Shown here piece by piece: positions 11,708 through 22,888 of a stretch of DNA of 64,000 nt. Origin of the DNA: Savitreella phatthalungensis. Taxonomy: Eukaryota. The notes under the pieces are model-generated. The model was not told the origin of the DNA. It saw only the letters and a list, made by a program, of their open reading frames with translations, and did not search any database. The position numbers and the translations under genes were made by a program. The first letter of the stretch is position 1; each line of letters opens with the position of its first letter. Location of the stretch: positions 496,001-560,000 of the forward strand of contig AP039690.1 of NCBI GenBank assembly GCA_051599415.1, given 5' to 3'.

Positions 11708-13336
11708 CGGAGGACTTTGTAACAGACACTGTACTAGACCATGATGAGGATCATTCTGGGTGAAAAGATGCTGGGATGCAAGTAGCGTAGAGTTTTGTAT
11801 CAGGAGGTTGAAGCCGTCAAAGGTGAGTGTAGTGTAGCAGATGTGATTCACATTGTGTAGTGCGTGCATCTTTCGATGGCCGTTGAGTGTGGATGCACGA
11901 TCTCGAGTAGAGTGATTTTCATCAAACAAATGTTGTTAAAGGAAATAGTTGATGTATTGTATCACTCATCTCTCCAATTAATTACACTCCAATTCGATTA
12001 ATGAGCCCGGTAAGGATATATATGGAGATAATGTCAAAAGTTAAATCCATCTAGCTATGATCATGATACACAATCCATCTATGATCATGTATTAAGGGAT
12101 CAATTGGTCACTCCATTCGCATATACTAAGATTCACAGTACAGTAAATGATTCGTCTAGTTCTGGCTGTACAGCATGGGTTTAGACTATGTGTGTAAATG
12201 GAGTATCTCTTGGCTCTACTTGACCATGCAGGTGGAAACTACAATCATTCAACGTCATGCATGCAGTGCAGATGTGCCTTCCTGGAATCGGCCAAGCTAT
12301 TTTTATAAGTCAATTCTCCCAAATGCATCTAGCTAGGTATGAGAAAGGATCAAGTTGAATCGATAAAATCAGACTTTGAGTGCAATATTGGACTTGGTAC
12401 TCTTGAGCCCTTGATCTCTCACTATTTGTGATTCTGACTTTTAATTTGAATTCAAATTCATTGCAGAAACAATGCAGACCTGCAAACCTTACAAAACACG
12501 TGCGGGACAGATGAAGTATTTCACCCGAAATGATTTATCTATTGAATCAATTTCAATTACAGCTGAGATCAGAAATGAGCTTCTGATCTTGAAGAAGCAG
12601 GAACAATCAACCTCATCACCAGCTAACTTCAATATTTATGTCAATTCAATTGGTCAATCAGAGCCAAGATCAACACCAACACAAATACAAATAGCTAGAC
12701 AAATAAAAAGCAAACTACAAATTCAGGCAAAGGTAAAGCCAAATTTACTCTTATTCACAGGTAAGACATTCAGCTAGCTAAGCTTGGAATAGATCGTCAC
12801 TTTCCTTATCCACATCCTGTCTCCTTAGATCCTCTCCACTAACCTTACATCCATTCAAACCCACTCCGAAGAGTGAACGATTGCATTCTGTCATCGCGTC
12901 TACTGTACTCGATCATCCATTCACCTCTACTCACGAGCACATCACCATTGTTCTCATTCTCAATCTGTTCGACGCTAGACCTCAGTCAGTCGAGAACTCT
13001 TGAGAAGCGTTCCCGTGCAGAATCTCTGGCTCTCTGACTTGTTTGAGCTGACCGAGAGAGGCAATATTAACGTGTACAACACGATCAACGATCAACGATC
13101 ATCGATCACAAGGATCGATCATCATCACGAGGACAACCACAAGCACGACAACCACAACGACCGCGACCACGATCACGACATTCTAACACGACACCGACAA
13201 CGAGAATCACACAGCTCACAAGCGAGTACAGTCCAAGCTCAAGCTTATCGACCATTCCATCAAACACAACATCCAGGGAGTCAAAATATCTCATCCAACT
13301 GCTTCATACCCATCGACTGAATAAAACACTTTCGTC

Positions 13337-15034
13337 ATGTCCTGGAACAGCTTGACGAAGAAGCTCAAGCAGACAACCCTTGACAGGGAATCAAGCAAGA
13401 CAATCACAGCTGGCTCATCCTCAAATGCCACGACGAACACTGGATCAGCCATCGGCACATCCACAGCTGCAAGCTCCAACGGTACCCAACCTGTGGCATC
13501 CTCCACAATCCGTCCAGGTCTCTTGACAGTCAACATCTCCCAGGCAAAGGGACTGGCGATGCCTCCAGGCTACACCGCACCACATACACCACAGGTCAAT
13601 CGACATGCACGAGCAGACAGTACCCGAGCGAGTCGAAGTCATGCATGGTGGCTCCCATACCTCCTCGTCGAGTGTGACAAGAACGAGGTGCTAGTAGACG
13701 CTCTTGCTGGCGGATCAACACTCGAGAACCCACGCTGGGACTACAAGACGATCTTCGACATCTCACGTTACACACAGCTGACGCTAGGCATCTACGTCCG
13801 ACAATCGCCCTCGACGCAGCAATCCTCTTCCTCTTCCCAGCAGCACGGCCAAAGCACCGCACACCACAACACGGGCGATATCTGCCTGGGTACAGCCAAG
13901 ATTATCCCTACATTCGTCGATGGCAAGCTGATGACGGAATGGTTTGCACTGTCCGGCGGACCTGGTCAGATCCAGGTATCGATCCTGTACCAGGGTAACA
14001 CAAAGGGCAACCTGACCATCGATGCGTTCGACCTACTCAAGGTCGTCGGTAAGGGATCCTTCGGAAAGGTGATGCAGGTGCGCAAGAAGGACACCAATCG
14101 GATCTATGCCCTGAAAACGATCCGCAAGCTGCATATTGTCTCTCGGAGCGAGGTCAACCATACGTTGGCAGAGCGGACGGTACTTGCTCAGATCAACAAT
14201 CCATTCATCGTTCCATTGAAGTTCAGCTTCCAGAGCCCAGAGAAACTTTACCTCGTTCTGGCCTTTGTCAATGGAGGCGAGCTCTTCCACCACCTTCAAC
14301 GCGAGGGAAGATTTTCCGTTTGGCGATCCAAGTTCTACACAGCTGAACTGTTCTGCGCGCTCGAATGCCTGCACGGGTTCAATGTCATCTACCGTGACCT
14401 CAAGCCGGAGAACATCCTGCTCGACTACACAGGACACATTGCGCTGTGCGACTTTGGACTGTGCAAGCTCAACATGGCTGCGACCGACAAGACAAACACG
14501 TTCTGCGGCACGCCAGAGTATCTCGCACCTGAGCTTTTGCTCGGTCAGGGCTATACGAAGGTGGTGGATTGGTGGACGCTCGGCGTCCTTCTGTACGAGA
14601 TGCTCACAGGACTCCCGCCGTTCTACGACGAGAACGTACAGGAGATGTATCGTAAGATCCTGGAAGATCCGCTACGCTTCCCAGACGACGTCGACAAGGA
14701 CGCCCGCCACCTTCTCACAGGTCTCCTGACTCGTGACCCGCAACGCCGAATGGGCGCCCAAGGTCCAGCAGACATCAAGCAGCACCCATTCTTCGCCGAT
14801 GTTGATTGGCGCAAACTGATGGCGAAGAAGATTCAGCCTCCATTCAAACCATCAGTGGAATCCGCAATCGACACGTCCAATTTTGACGCCGAATTTACGA
14901 GCGAGGAGCCGATGGACTCCGTCGTGGCAGACTCACACCTGAGCGAGACTGTCCAGCGCAAATTTCAAGACTGGTCGTACAACCCTACCTCGCAAATGGG
15001 TCAATCAATGCGTCCAGGATCCCTACTCGGTTGA
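13337..15034 (+). CDS. gad8: AGC kinase Gad8/Ypk1 (TORC2 effector)
   Basis: C2-like N-terminus, GKGSFGKV, HIVSRSEVNHTLAERTVL, YRDLKPEN, TFCGTPEYLAPE, hydrophobic motif FQDWSY. Confidence 0.95.
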   Translation: MSWNSLTKKLKQTTLDRESSKTITAGSSSNATTNTGSAIGTSTAASSNGTQPVASSTIRPGLLTVNISQAKGLAMPPGYTAPHTPQVNRHARADSTRASRSHAWWLPYLLVECDKNEVLVDALAGGSTLENPRWDYKTIFDISRYTQLTLGIYVRQSPSTQQSSSSSQQHGQSTAHHNTGDICLGTAKIIPTFVDGKLMTEWFALSGGPGQIQVSILYQGNTKGNLTIDAFDLLKVVGKGSFGKVMQVRKKDTNRIYALKTIRKLHIVSRSEVNHTLAERTVLAQINNPFIVPLKFSFQSPEKLYLVLAFVNGGELFHHLQREGRFSVWRSKFYTAELFCALECLHGFNVIYRDLKPENILLDYTGHIALCDFGLCKLNMAATDKTNTFCGTPEYLAPELLLGQGYTKVVDWWTLGVLLYEMLTGLPPFYDENVQEMYRKILEDPLRFPDDVDKDARHLLTGLLTRDPQRRMGAQGPADIKQHPFFADVDWRKLMAKKIQPPFKPSVESAIDTSNFDAEFTSEEPMDSVVADSHLSETVQRKFQDWSYNPTSQMGQSMRPGSLLG

Positions 15035-15243
15035 AAAAGAAACAAAGAAGGAAGCAGGGTGTTTCTATGAATTTCAGTCTCCTCCTGTGAGAACTTGCCG
15101 CAGCAGCAATCAAGAGAGAAAGACACGGGAGACAATGGCAAGGCATGGCATCGCATGGCATCCTGATGAACGAGCTACCGATCGATGATTAAAAGAACGA
15201 AATACAGCGAGTGCAAAACAAGTGAAGTGGTTTTCGTCATGAT

Positions 15244-15264
15244 TGTGTGTGTGTGTGTGTGTGT
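15244..15264. repeat. (TG)n microsatellite
   Basis: Direct reading between the convergent gad8 and rhodanese 3' ends. Confidence 0.85.
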
Positions 15265-15278
15265 ATTACATAGCTATC

Positions 15279-15755
15279 TTACCCCTGATATCCATGCTTC
15301 CAATGCTCCCTATCGAAGCCTTCCGTCAGACTTTCATCCTCTGCAAGTCCGCAGCTATGCCAATTCACAAAACCACCTTCCAAGACCATGATATCGATTG
15401 GCCTAGGTGGCGTCTCACCATCTCGGCTCGGTTTCTTGACCAACTCACGAGCTTCTCTGAAAGCTCTGGCGGCCTTAGGTCCTCTCTGCTGAGAGAGTGA
15501 GCAGTGAAACACGATCCTCCTCACCTCTCCTTCTCCCACGCGGTCAGGGTCGTCGTAAGTCCTAACGAGTCTCTGAACGTGATCGTAAAACTTCCTACTG
15601 GGAACCCGCTCAGCACCACGCACGTGGCCGCCCACACCGTCATCATCACGCACGTCAACCACCACAGTACGCCTACGTTCCACAGGATCCCGAAGCAGAG
15701 AAGCTAATGCAGGTGGCGTGATGGTGGTGATGGCGGGGACGAGGGAGGACGACAT
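15279..15755 (-). CDS. Cdc25-like rhodanese phosphatase/arsenate reductase (Ibp1/Ych1/Acr2 family)
   Basis: VVDVRDDD..GGHVRGA, catalytic FHCSLSQQRGP (HCX5R), VLEGGFVNW. Confidence 0.9.
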   Translation of the reverse strand: MSSSLVPAITTITPPALASLLRDPVERRRTVVVDVRDDDGVGGHVRGAERVPSRKFYDHVQRLVRTYDDPDRVGEGEVRRIVFHCSLSQQRGPKAARAFREARELVKKPSRDGETPPRPIDIMVLEGGFVNWHSCGLAEDESLTEGFDREHWKHGYQG

Positions 15756-17020
15756 GGCTCGAACGAGAGTAGAGGTCGGCAGCGTGATCGACGCAGTCCT
15801 TGGACAGTTGTAAGCTTTGATGTGAATGGATTGGAATATGATGGTAGTGGCAGTGCAGTGCTATGTGCACCTGACTTGACCCACAAGTCACATACGAGAA
15901 GGTACCAGGTCCGGCTCCACAGCTCAAGGATCGATCGATCAATCAATCAATCATGCATGCATCCACACGCATTAAGCGAGAACAGCGATGATGGAATTTC
16001 TAATTTGAATTATCGACACTGACGCGGATGCATGAAATTGAAACTGGCGGGATATTCCCATCAGGTCGATACATTGATAGTCACAGATGGTAGGGAAGTC
16101 ACATGTTCGTAAGTAGGTATGGGTGGATAGGATGTTTGAGAACTTCATGTATGAGATCTGCATCAGACAGAAGGGAGAAAACATCGGCGCAAGGGAGTGG
16201 ATTAGACTCCGTGATCACATGACAGGGAGAGAGCAAGTGTCACGAATCAGATGGAAGTCCCTGATTCACATATGCTGAAGATATCGTGATTGAGGAAGCT
16301 GGTATAATATACTGGATGGTTGATAGAGCTAGCTAGCTAGCTGACTATGGATGAGCGAGCGAGCGAGTAAACGCAAGTGTCTGTGTATGTGCATCGGTCT
16401 AAAGATGATAGAGGCTGTTCTGTGACGCTTCTAGTGCATCGTATAATTCAGTTCAGGAGTTCTGTAATACCGGCCTTCTATGATAGATTGACTGCATGAG
16501 CTATAATGAGGAGATAATTAGCTTCACAGCCAAAAGAGATTCAGAGTCAGGTGGCCAGCCCTACATAGCTAAGGGAAATGCAAAATAAGAAGATCTCCGA
16601 AATTCGAAATAGAATTGTTGCAAAATGCTCTATACCAACATGTGCAATTATCGACTGGAACTCGCCACCGTCGATGATGGATGGAACCAACTTTTAAGGG
16701 ATTCTCCATGAATTACTGAACCAGGGATTTGACAAGATATAATTCAGTTGCGAAATATTGTAATTTTATAAAATATAAACTTGATATCGTTCAGAGAATT
16801 ATCAGTCGAAGGCAATTAGAAATTGACTAATTCTGAAATTTCCACCATTGTATCTCTTGCAGAGTCAGTGACTGTATCACTCACTCACTATACTCTCTCA
16901 GTCAGTCATTCAGTCACGCACGCACGCCTGAACGAACCAGCATCACCGGGGTCACCGGGTCTACCGTCAGTCTAGTCCAATCCAGCAGCACTGTAGTACG
17001 ACCATACTCACAGCCTCAGT

Positions 17021-17055
17021 ACCACCATCACCACCACCACCACCTCCACCACCAC
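17021..17055. repeat. Imperfect (CAC)n tract upstream of sck1
   Basis: accaccatcaccaccaccaccacctccaccaccac. Confidence 0.8.
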
Positions 17056-17698
17056 GACAGAGGACCAGCATCAGTACCAGTATCAGCACCGGTATACCCT
17101 TGCACCAAGCAACAACCTCCAGGCAATCACCGACCGGTGACAATCGCCGTCAAACGACCATCTGCTCACACAGACTAGTGAGTGAACCGACCTATAACTT
17201 ATCCTCCGCAGGCCTCGAGTAGACTCCACTATCCGATCGACCTCCCCTATCGAACACCTCACCACCATCATCTTCTGTCAACCGCATCACCATAACCCTC
17301 CCGCGCGCAAAGCCGAGCTCATCTGCCCGGTATAATCCACTCCTCGCTGGCCCCTACCTCCTGCGCGCGCATCGCATCTCATCTCGTCTCATCTCGCCTG
17401 ATCCCATTTCGTCGTGTCTCTGCCCTAACTTGCGAAACCCTTCTCCACTCCACTCCACTCCATTTTGCTCCACTCCAGGCCGCACATCTTGATCCGGCGC
17501 TCGTATACCCTCGTACCAGCCGACATCACTACACCCTCGGCCACAACCTACAACGACCCGCGTCAAACATCCTGGCGCGATCACAAACATTTCGCAAATT
17601 CTGTCTGCCTGACGCTCGATATAGCACGAGCTCACGCATGATCTAAAGCTTCTCTCTTCTTATTTCAATATTGCTCTACTTCTGACGTTACACACGCC

Positions 17699-19816
17699 AT
17701 GAAGAGCTGGTTCTCAAAGGCAGTCCCGACCGCGCCACCGACCACCGTCGTCTCGCGGTCCCTAGCACAGCAGGATCACCGAACGAGCAACGCGAGCACA
17801 CAGAGCGCTGCAGCACAGTCCAGCCAGCGTTCATCCGCCGAAGATGCTGCAGACTTCAGATCGAGTAACACAACGCCTCGCCCAAGCGTCCTCGACAACC
17901 GCTTCCCGCCTATGCGACATATGCCCGTCACAGCCTCGCAGCCCGGTACGCCGCGCGGTACCATTTCCGAAGGCAGTAGCCACCACACCCACATTCCAGC
18001 AAACCTTTCGCTCGGCAGCCCGCGTGGCAAGCTGACCGTGCGGATCATGGCTGCCAGAGACTTGCGTCTGCCGAGCGCCGATGTACAGGCATATGCAATC
18101 TGCTCCTACGAGGGCAATCAGTTCATCACCACAAAGGCCACACACAGTAGTCTCGAGCAGCCTTCAGGACTCGCCATCCCCAAGTCGAGACAATCATCAT
18201 CGACCTCTCTCACAAACCTGCAGAATGGTCGACCTTCAAAGCTCGACACTTCAGCACTAATGGAATCCTCTTCGAACCCAGTCTGGCGACAAGACGGCTG
18301 CTTTGACGTCCTGGTCGGCACCGGCGAGGTCGATATCTCCCTCTACGACAAGCGCACACAGGCCTTCCTAGGCCACGTCCAATTCCGACCATCCCTCGAA
18401 TCTGGTGGCGATAGTCCAGATCGATGGTATCCCCTCCAGGGACGCGACAACGACGATAGTGGCTCTGTCGCGGGCGAAATCAACGTCGGCACAGCCTTCG
18501 AGCGCATCGAAAAGCGCCACTACGGTCCTGAGGACTTTGAAATCCTCAAACTGATTGGCAAGGGCACTTTCGGACAGGTCTACCAGGTCGTCAAGCGAGA
18601 CACAAAGCGTGTGTACGCGATGAAGGTTCTGTCGAAGAAGGTCATCGTGCAGAAGAAGGAAGTCGCCCACACCGTCGGCGAACGGAATATCCTCGTCCGT
18701 ACAGCACTGACCGAGTCCCCGTTCATCGTCGGCCTCAAGTTCAGTTTCCAGACCCCTACCGATCTATATCTCGTGACAGATTACATGTCCGGCGGCGAGC
18801 TATTCTGGCACCTGCAGAAGGAAGGCAAGTTCCAGGAACGCCGAGCAAAATTCTACATTGCCGAACTGATCCTCGCACTCGAGCACCTCCACGCTCACGA
18901 CATCGTCTACCGCGATCTCAAGCCCGAGAATATCCTTCTTGATGCCAACGGCCATATCGCTCTATGCGACTTTGGACTCTCAAAGGCAAATCTATCGGCA
19001 AACTCGACGACCAACACGTTCTGCGGCACGACCGAATACCTCGCGCCGGAAGTGCTCCTTGACGATTCCGGCTACACGAAGCTTGTGGATTTCTGGTCAC
19101 TCGGTGTACTTGTGTTTGAAATGTGCTGTGGATGGTCACCTTTCTACGCAGAGGACACGCAGCAGATGTACAAGAACATTGCATTCGGCAAGGTACGATT
19201 CCCGAAGGACACCCTGAGTGTCGAGGGTCGTAACTTTGTCAAGGGCCTCCTGAACCGGAATCCTGACCATCGCCTGGGCTCGAAGCGCGATGCCGCTGAG
19301 CTGAAGGAACATCCATTCTTCGCCGACATTGACTGGGCGGCATTATTGCAGAAGAAACTTGCGCCACCATTCAAGCCTGTTCTCACTGGCGAACACGACA
19401 CGAACAACTTTGACGAAGAGTTCACACGTGCGGAAGTGGACCAGAACGGTGTCGTCATCAAGGATGACCCGAACAATCCAAACAGATACTCAAACACGCC
19501 GCTCTCCTCCACAGTCCAAGCCAACTTCAGAGGCTTCACATTTGTTGATGAATCGTCCATGCAGAGACACTTCCAAGGCAGATCGACCGGCGCCATTGAC
19601 AGCGATGAGGATCAGATGGCCGTTGATGAGGACGATGTTGGGCTGGACGGTCGGCGAGCCGATGGCTCTGGCATTGGAGCGTCAGCAAACTCTGCAGCGC
19701 GCGGTCCCCATTCCACTCAGAAAGATGGCGACCGGGATCACCATCACCACAGCAACCAGGACGACGAGATGCATGACGCCAAGATGGACGACGACGTCGG
19801 CTTCCGAATGGAGTAA
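17699..19816 (+). CDS. sck1: AGC kinase Sck1/Sch9 (TORC1 effector)
   Basis: C2 domain, GPEDFEILKLIGKGTFGQVYQV, TFCGTTEYLAPEVLLD, CCGWSPFYAEDTQQMY, hydrophobic motif FRGFTF. Confidence 0.95.
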   Translation: MKSWFSKAVPTAPPTTVVSRSLAQQDHRTSNASTQSAAAQSSQRSSAEDAADFRSSNTTPRPSVLDNRFPPMRHMPVTASQPGTPRGTISEGSSHHTHIPANLSLGSPRGKLTVRIMAARDLRLPSADVQAYAICSYEGNQFITTKATHSSLEQPSGLAIPKSRQSSSTSLTNLQNGRPSKLDTSALMESSSNPVWRQDGCFDVLVGTGEVDISLYDKRTQAFLGHVQFRPSLESGGDSPDRWYPLQGRDNDDSGSVAGEINVGTAFERIEKRHYGPEDFEILKLIGKGTFGQVYQVVKRDTKRVYAMKVLSKKVIVQKKEVAHTVGERNILVRTALTESPFIVGLKFSFQTPTDLYLVTDYMSGGELFWHLQKEGKFQERRAKFYIAELILALEHLHAHDIVYRDLKPENILLDANGHIALCDFGLSKANLSANSTTNTFCGTTEYLAPEVLLDDSGYTKLVDFWSLGVLVFEMCCGWSPFYAEDTQQMYKNIAFGKVRFPKDTLSVEGRNFVKGLLNRNPDHRLGSKRDAAELKEHPFFADIDWAALLQKKLAPPFKPVLTGEHDTNNFDEEFTRAEVDQNGVVIKDDPNNPNRYSNTPLSSTVQANFRGFTFVDESSMQRHFQGRSTGAIDSDEDQMAVDEDDVGLDGRRADGSGIGASANSAARGPHSTQKDGDRDHHHHSNQDDEMHDAKMDDDVGFRME

Positions 19817-19900
19817 CCTCACACTCACACAATCAATACCCAGCACCACAACACACGCACACAGAACCCTGCACCGCCCACGATAGTACTTTACTTTTTA

Positions 19901-19955
19901 CCTGACCTGACCTGACCTGACCTGACCTGACCTGACCTGACCTGACCTGACCTGA
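19901..19955. repeat. Perfect pentanucleotide repeat (CCTGA)11
   Basis: Counted directly; between the convergent sck1 and complex I 24-kDa subunit stop codons. Confidence 0.97.
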
Positions 19956-20060
19956 CCTCACGCCATCGAACCAAATCAAACGAAATCTGAAATTGCCATC
20001 AACACATACTCCTGTAATTATTTGACGTTGCGTGTGTATGTGTGTGAGGACTTCGAGTGA

Positions 20061-20807
20061 CTACAAATCTGCGCGAACGAAATCTCCTGCTTTCCATGGC
20101 TCGCTCTTTAGGGATGTGAGTCCGCCATTGAGTGGCTCGCAACTAGCTCTGCCACTGACTGGTCCTGGGGTTGGTCTCTCGCCCTTTCTGAGTGCCTCGA
20201 TGAGCTTGACAGTGGTCGAGGGTGTGAGATCCTCGTAGTAGTCATCATTGACGGCAAGCACGGGAGCATTCACACACGCTCCAGCGCACTCGACCTCGAC
20301 AAGCGTGAACACGCCATCATCCGTCGTATGTCCTGGCGTCACGCCGAGCTCCTTCTTGAGCGTCTCCAAAATCGTATCCGCCCCACACAGCTGGCACGGC
20401 GTCGTCGTACACAGCTGCAGGAAGTACTTGCCGACCTTCTCCCTGTTGAACATGGTGTAGAACGTCGCGCACTCGTACACCCGCATAGGCGGCACGTCCA
20501 CAAGTCTCGCCACCTCGTTCATCACCGAGATACTAGTCCATCCCAGCTGACGCTGTCCCAAGTCCAGCAATGGCAAAATAGCAGCCTTCTTCCACTCAGA
20601 GGGGTACCGCGAGATGATCTGGTCAGCACGTGCAGCGTTCTCTTTAGAGAATGTAAATTTCACTGACGGGTTGTTGTCCGACGTGTTCCGGTGGACAAAG
20701 AGAGCATCGCTCAGTGCAGCACGGCTAGTCGTCAACCCGCGCGCCATAGGCGAAGCAGGCGACAGCAGCCGAGATGAGCGACCCAAGACCGACCGTGTAA
20801 GCACCAT
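20061..20807 (-). CDS. NDUFV2: NADH:ubiquinone oxidoreductase 24-kDa subunit (NDUFV2/NuoE), mitochondrial
   Basis: Arg/Ser presequence from ATG 20807, SDALFVHRN, 2Fe-2S ligands CTTTPCQLCG and ECAGACVNAP. Confidence 0.95.
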   Translation of the reverse strand: MVLTRSVLGRSSRLLSPASPMARGLTTSRAALSDALFVHRNTSDNNPSVKFTFSKENAARADQIISRYPSEWKKAAILPLLDLGQRQLGWTSISVMNEVARLVDVPPMRVYECATFYTMFNREKVGKYFLQLCTTTPCQLCGADTILETLKKELGVTPGHTTDDGVFTLVEVECAGACVNAPVLAVNDDYYEDLTPSTTVKLIEALRKGERPTPGPVSGRASCEPLNGGLTSLKSEPWKAGDFVRADL

Positions 20808-21376
20808 CTCTGAAAAGAAGGGTGTTAAGAGGGAAGCGCTGTGAAGTACTTGATGGACTAGGGGTGGTCGGTGTAGTGTGGTGATGTTCAGAGAGTCGCA
20901 CAGCGGTGGAGAATTCAATCGGGAGAAAAGATTCAGTAATTCGGATGCTATTGATTGGACAATGGTGGATTAATACTTGATTAACTTTCTGTTATATTGA
21001 TGAGGAGAGGAGTACTTAAATTTGAGAATCGAATCTATTGGTCGTCATAGAAGCAGATGCAGAGGCAATCACCACTAATTCATGCTTACGGCAGCTTGCA
21101 CGTCACTCATCTGACATCGAATAGTGAGGATACAGTAGCCACTCTTACCAGAAGTCATGCGTCTGACAATGACAAGGAATACATGAGGTGGAGATTACCA
21201 AGAAGTGAACCATCTAATCGTATACATCCTAGCCAAAAAGGTAATCTAAGTCTAGTCTTTCGTGAAGGGGGTAGGACGACTAGCTCATGTAATGAGTGCC
21301 GTCCTGGAATAATAAGTAGTAACCAAGAGATCTAGCGAGTAAATGCCATGACTCTTTTCTTTTGGTAAATTGTCCC

Positions 21377-22840
21377 TTATGCTGCAGAGACAGGGTACAT
21401 GGGTGGACATGTCTTGGTTGGGAGCATGTCGTCACGGCGGATGATGTGGCCGTTTGAGTCACGAGCGACTTCCTTGCGCTCAGTGTTGAACTCGCTCTGC
21501 CATGCCTCCACACGCATACCGCCACGAACGACGGCCACACGCATCGAGCCGAGCAGGTTGTGTGCACCGAGAGAGTGGTCGTACACGCCACCGTTGAATG
21601 CAGCAGTCGCGTCCTTGCCAATGTGTGACTTGATCAAGGTCTGACCTCCAGGGTGCTGAGCAATGAACTTGGAAACGTCGTGCACAATGCCGGCAACCAT
21701 GATGAGCGACTGGCGCTCAGGGTTGTCCTTGGCAGTGACCTTCTCGAACTCGGCCCACTCCCAGACAGGGAGCTGGTCGATCGGTGTTCCCCAGTCGAGC
21801 TGAGCGCGCTTGCGGTCGAGCTTCTTCTGTGCCATCTGAACCTTTGCCTGTCCGATCGAGTTTGCGGAGAACTCCTTGAGATCGGATGCGAGACCGAGGA
21901 CCTTGCAGACCTGGATGAGCCACTTGGTCGGGTCGTACTGCCACCACTGAATGGCGTTGCGGTAGTCGGACGGGTAGGAGTGGTGGAAGTTGTGGTAGCC
22001 CTCGCCAAGAGTAGCGAATGCGGTAAGGATGTGGTCGCGGGGTGAGTGGCGGTCCTCGAATGGCTGGTCACCGAGCCAGTGAGCAAGTGAGTTGACACAG
22101 AAAGTGGCGTGGTGAACAAAGACGAGACGAAGGACACCGGCGTAGAAGTATCCTCCGCGCCAGTCTCCCCATCCAAGTCCAGCGACGAGCATCGGGAAGA
22201 TGAATCCCATGAAAATTGCAACCTTGCCGTAGTTCTGGTGCTGCCACATGACGATTGGGTCAGCGTTCAGGTCAGCGATATCTGTGCGGCCAATCTTCTT
22301 CGGATTCTGCTTGAGAATCATCCAACCGAGGTGAGAGTACCAAAATCCCTTGCGGACGCTGTATGGGTCCTTCTCAGTGTCGGTGTATCGGTGGTGTGCA
22401 CGGTGGTCGCGCGACCACCAACGGATCGAGCCCTCAACTGCGCCACCGCCAACGGCAGCGAGGAAGACGCGAAGTGGTGCAGAAGCTGTGAAGGAGCGAT
22501 GAGCCCAGTAACGGTGGTAACCGGCTGTGATGCCGAGACCTGTGCAGAAGTAGTAGATGACTGCCCAGATAGCCGTCTTGAGCTGAAGCTGAGTTGTGAA
22601 AGCACCGTAAATGCCGATTGCTGGCACGACAACGAGAATTGGAATGTTAATCCAGTTCAAATGCTGGTACCAATTGGTAGCAGTCCATGGCTTGTCGATG
22701 ATGTGAGATGAATCTGCCTTGGGGATGGCAGCGCCGGCGAGGACACCAGCGCCCTCCTTGTCGATAGGTCGGTCAACGCCGCCGTCGACAGGCTTCTCAG
22801 AAGTGTCGACTGGCTTTGGTACGTCGTTAATGTTGACCAT
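21377..22840 (-). CDS. OLE1: Delta-9 fatty-acid desaturase with C-terminal cytochrome b5
   Basis: His boxes HRYWAH, HRAHH and HNFHH; b5 HPGG; ATG 22840 preceded by a TATA-like element. Confidence 0.96.
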   Translation of the reverse strand: MVNINDVPKPVDTSEKPVDGGVDRPIDKEGAGVLAGAAIPKADSSHIIDKPWTATNWYQHLNWINIPILVVVPAIGIYGAFTTQLQLKTAIWAVIYYFCTGLGITAGYHRYWAHRSFTASAPLRVFLAAVGGGAVEGSIRWWSRDHRAHHRYTDTEKDPYSVRKGFWYSHLGWMILKQNPKKIGRTDIADLNADPIVMWQHQNYGKVAIFMGFIFPMLVAGLGWGDWRGGYFYAGVLRLVFVHHATFCVNSLAHWLGDQPFEDRHSPRDHILTAFATLGEGYHNFHHSYPSDYRNAIQWWQYDPTKWLIQVCKVLGLASDLKEFSANSIGQAKVQMAQKKLDRKRAQLDWGTPIDQLPVWEWAEFEKVTAKDNPERQSLIMVAGIVHDVSKFIAQHPGGQTLIKSHIGKDATAAFNGGVYDHSLGAHNLLGSMRVAVVRGGMRVEAWQSEFNTERKEVARDSNGHIIRRDDMLPTKTCPPMYPVSAA

Positions 22841-22880
22841 GATGATGCTGATGTCGTGTTGTTGAGGAGATATCGACTTG

Positions 22881-22888
22881 TTATATAG
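22881..22888 (-). promoter_or_regulatory. TATA-like box of OLE1
   Basis: CTATATAA on the minus strand about 40-48 nt upstream of ATG 22840. Confidence 0.5.

Noticed and set aside
11708..11929. Non-ATG or upstream extensions in the ORF track for RBM25 (also NDUFV2, Sym1, Tim21, Rps17)
   Set aside because: Mostly artefacts of TTG/GTG start calling; the downstream ATGs give family-typical N-termini
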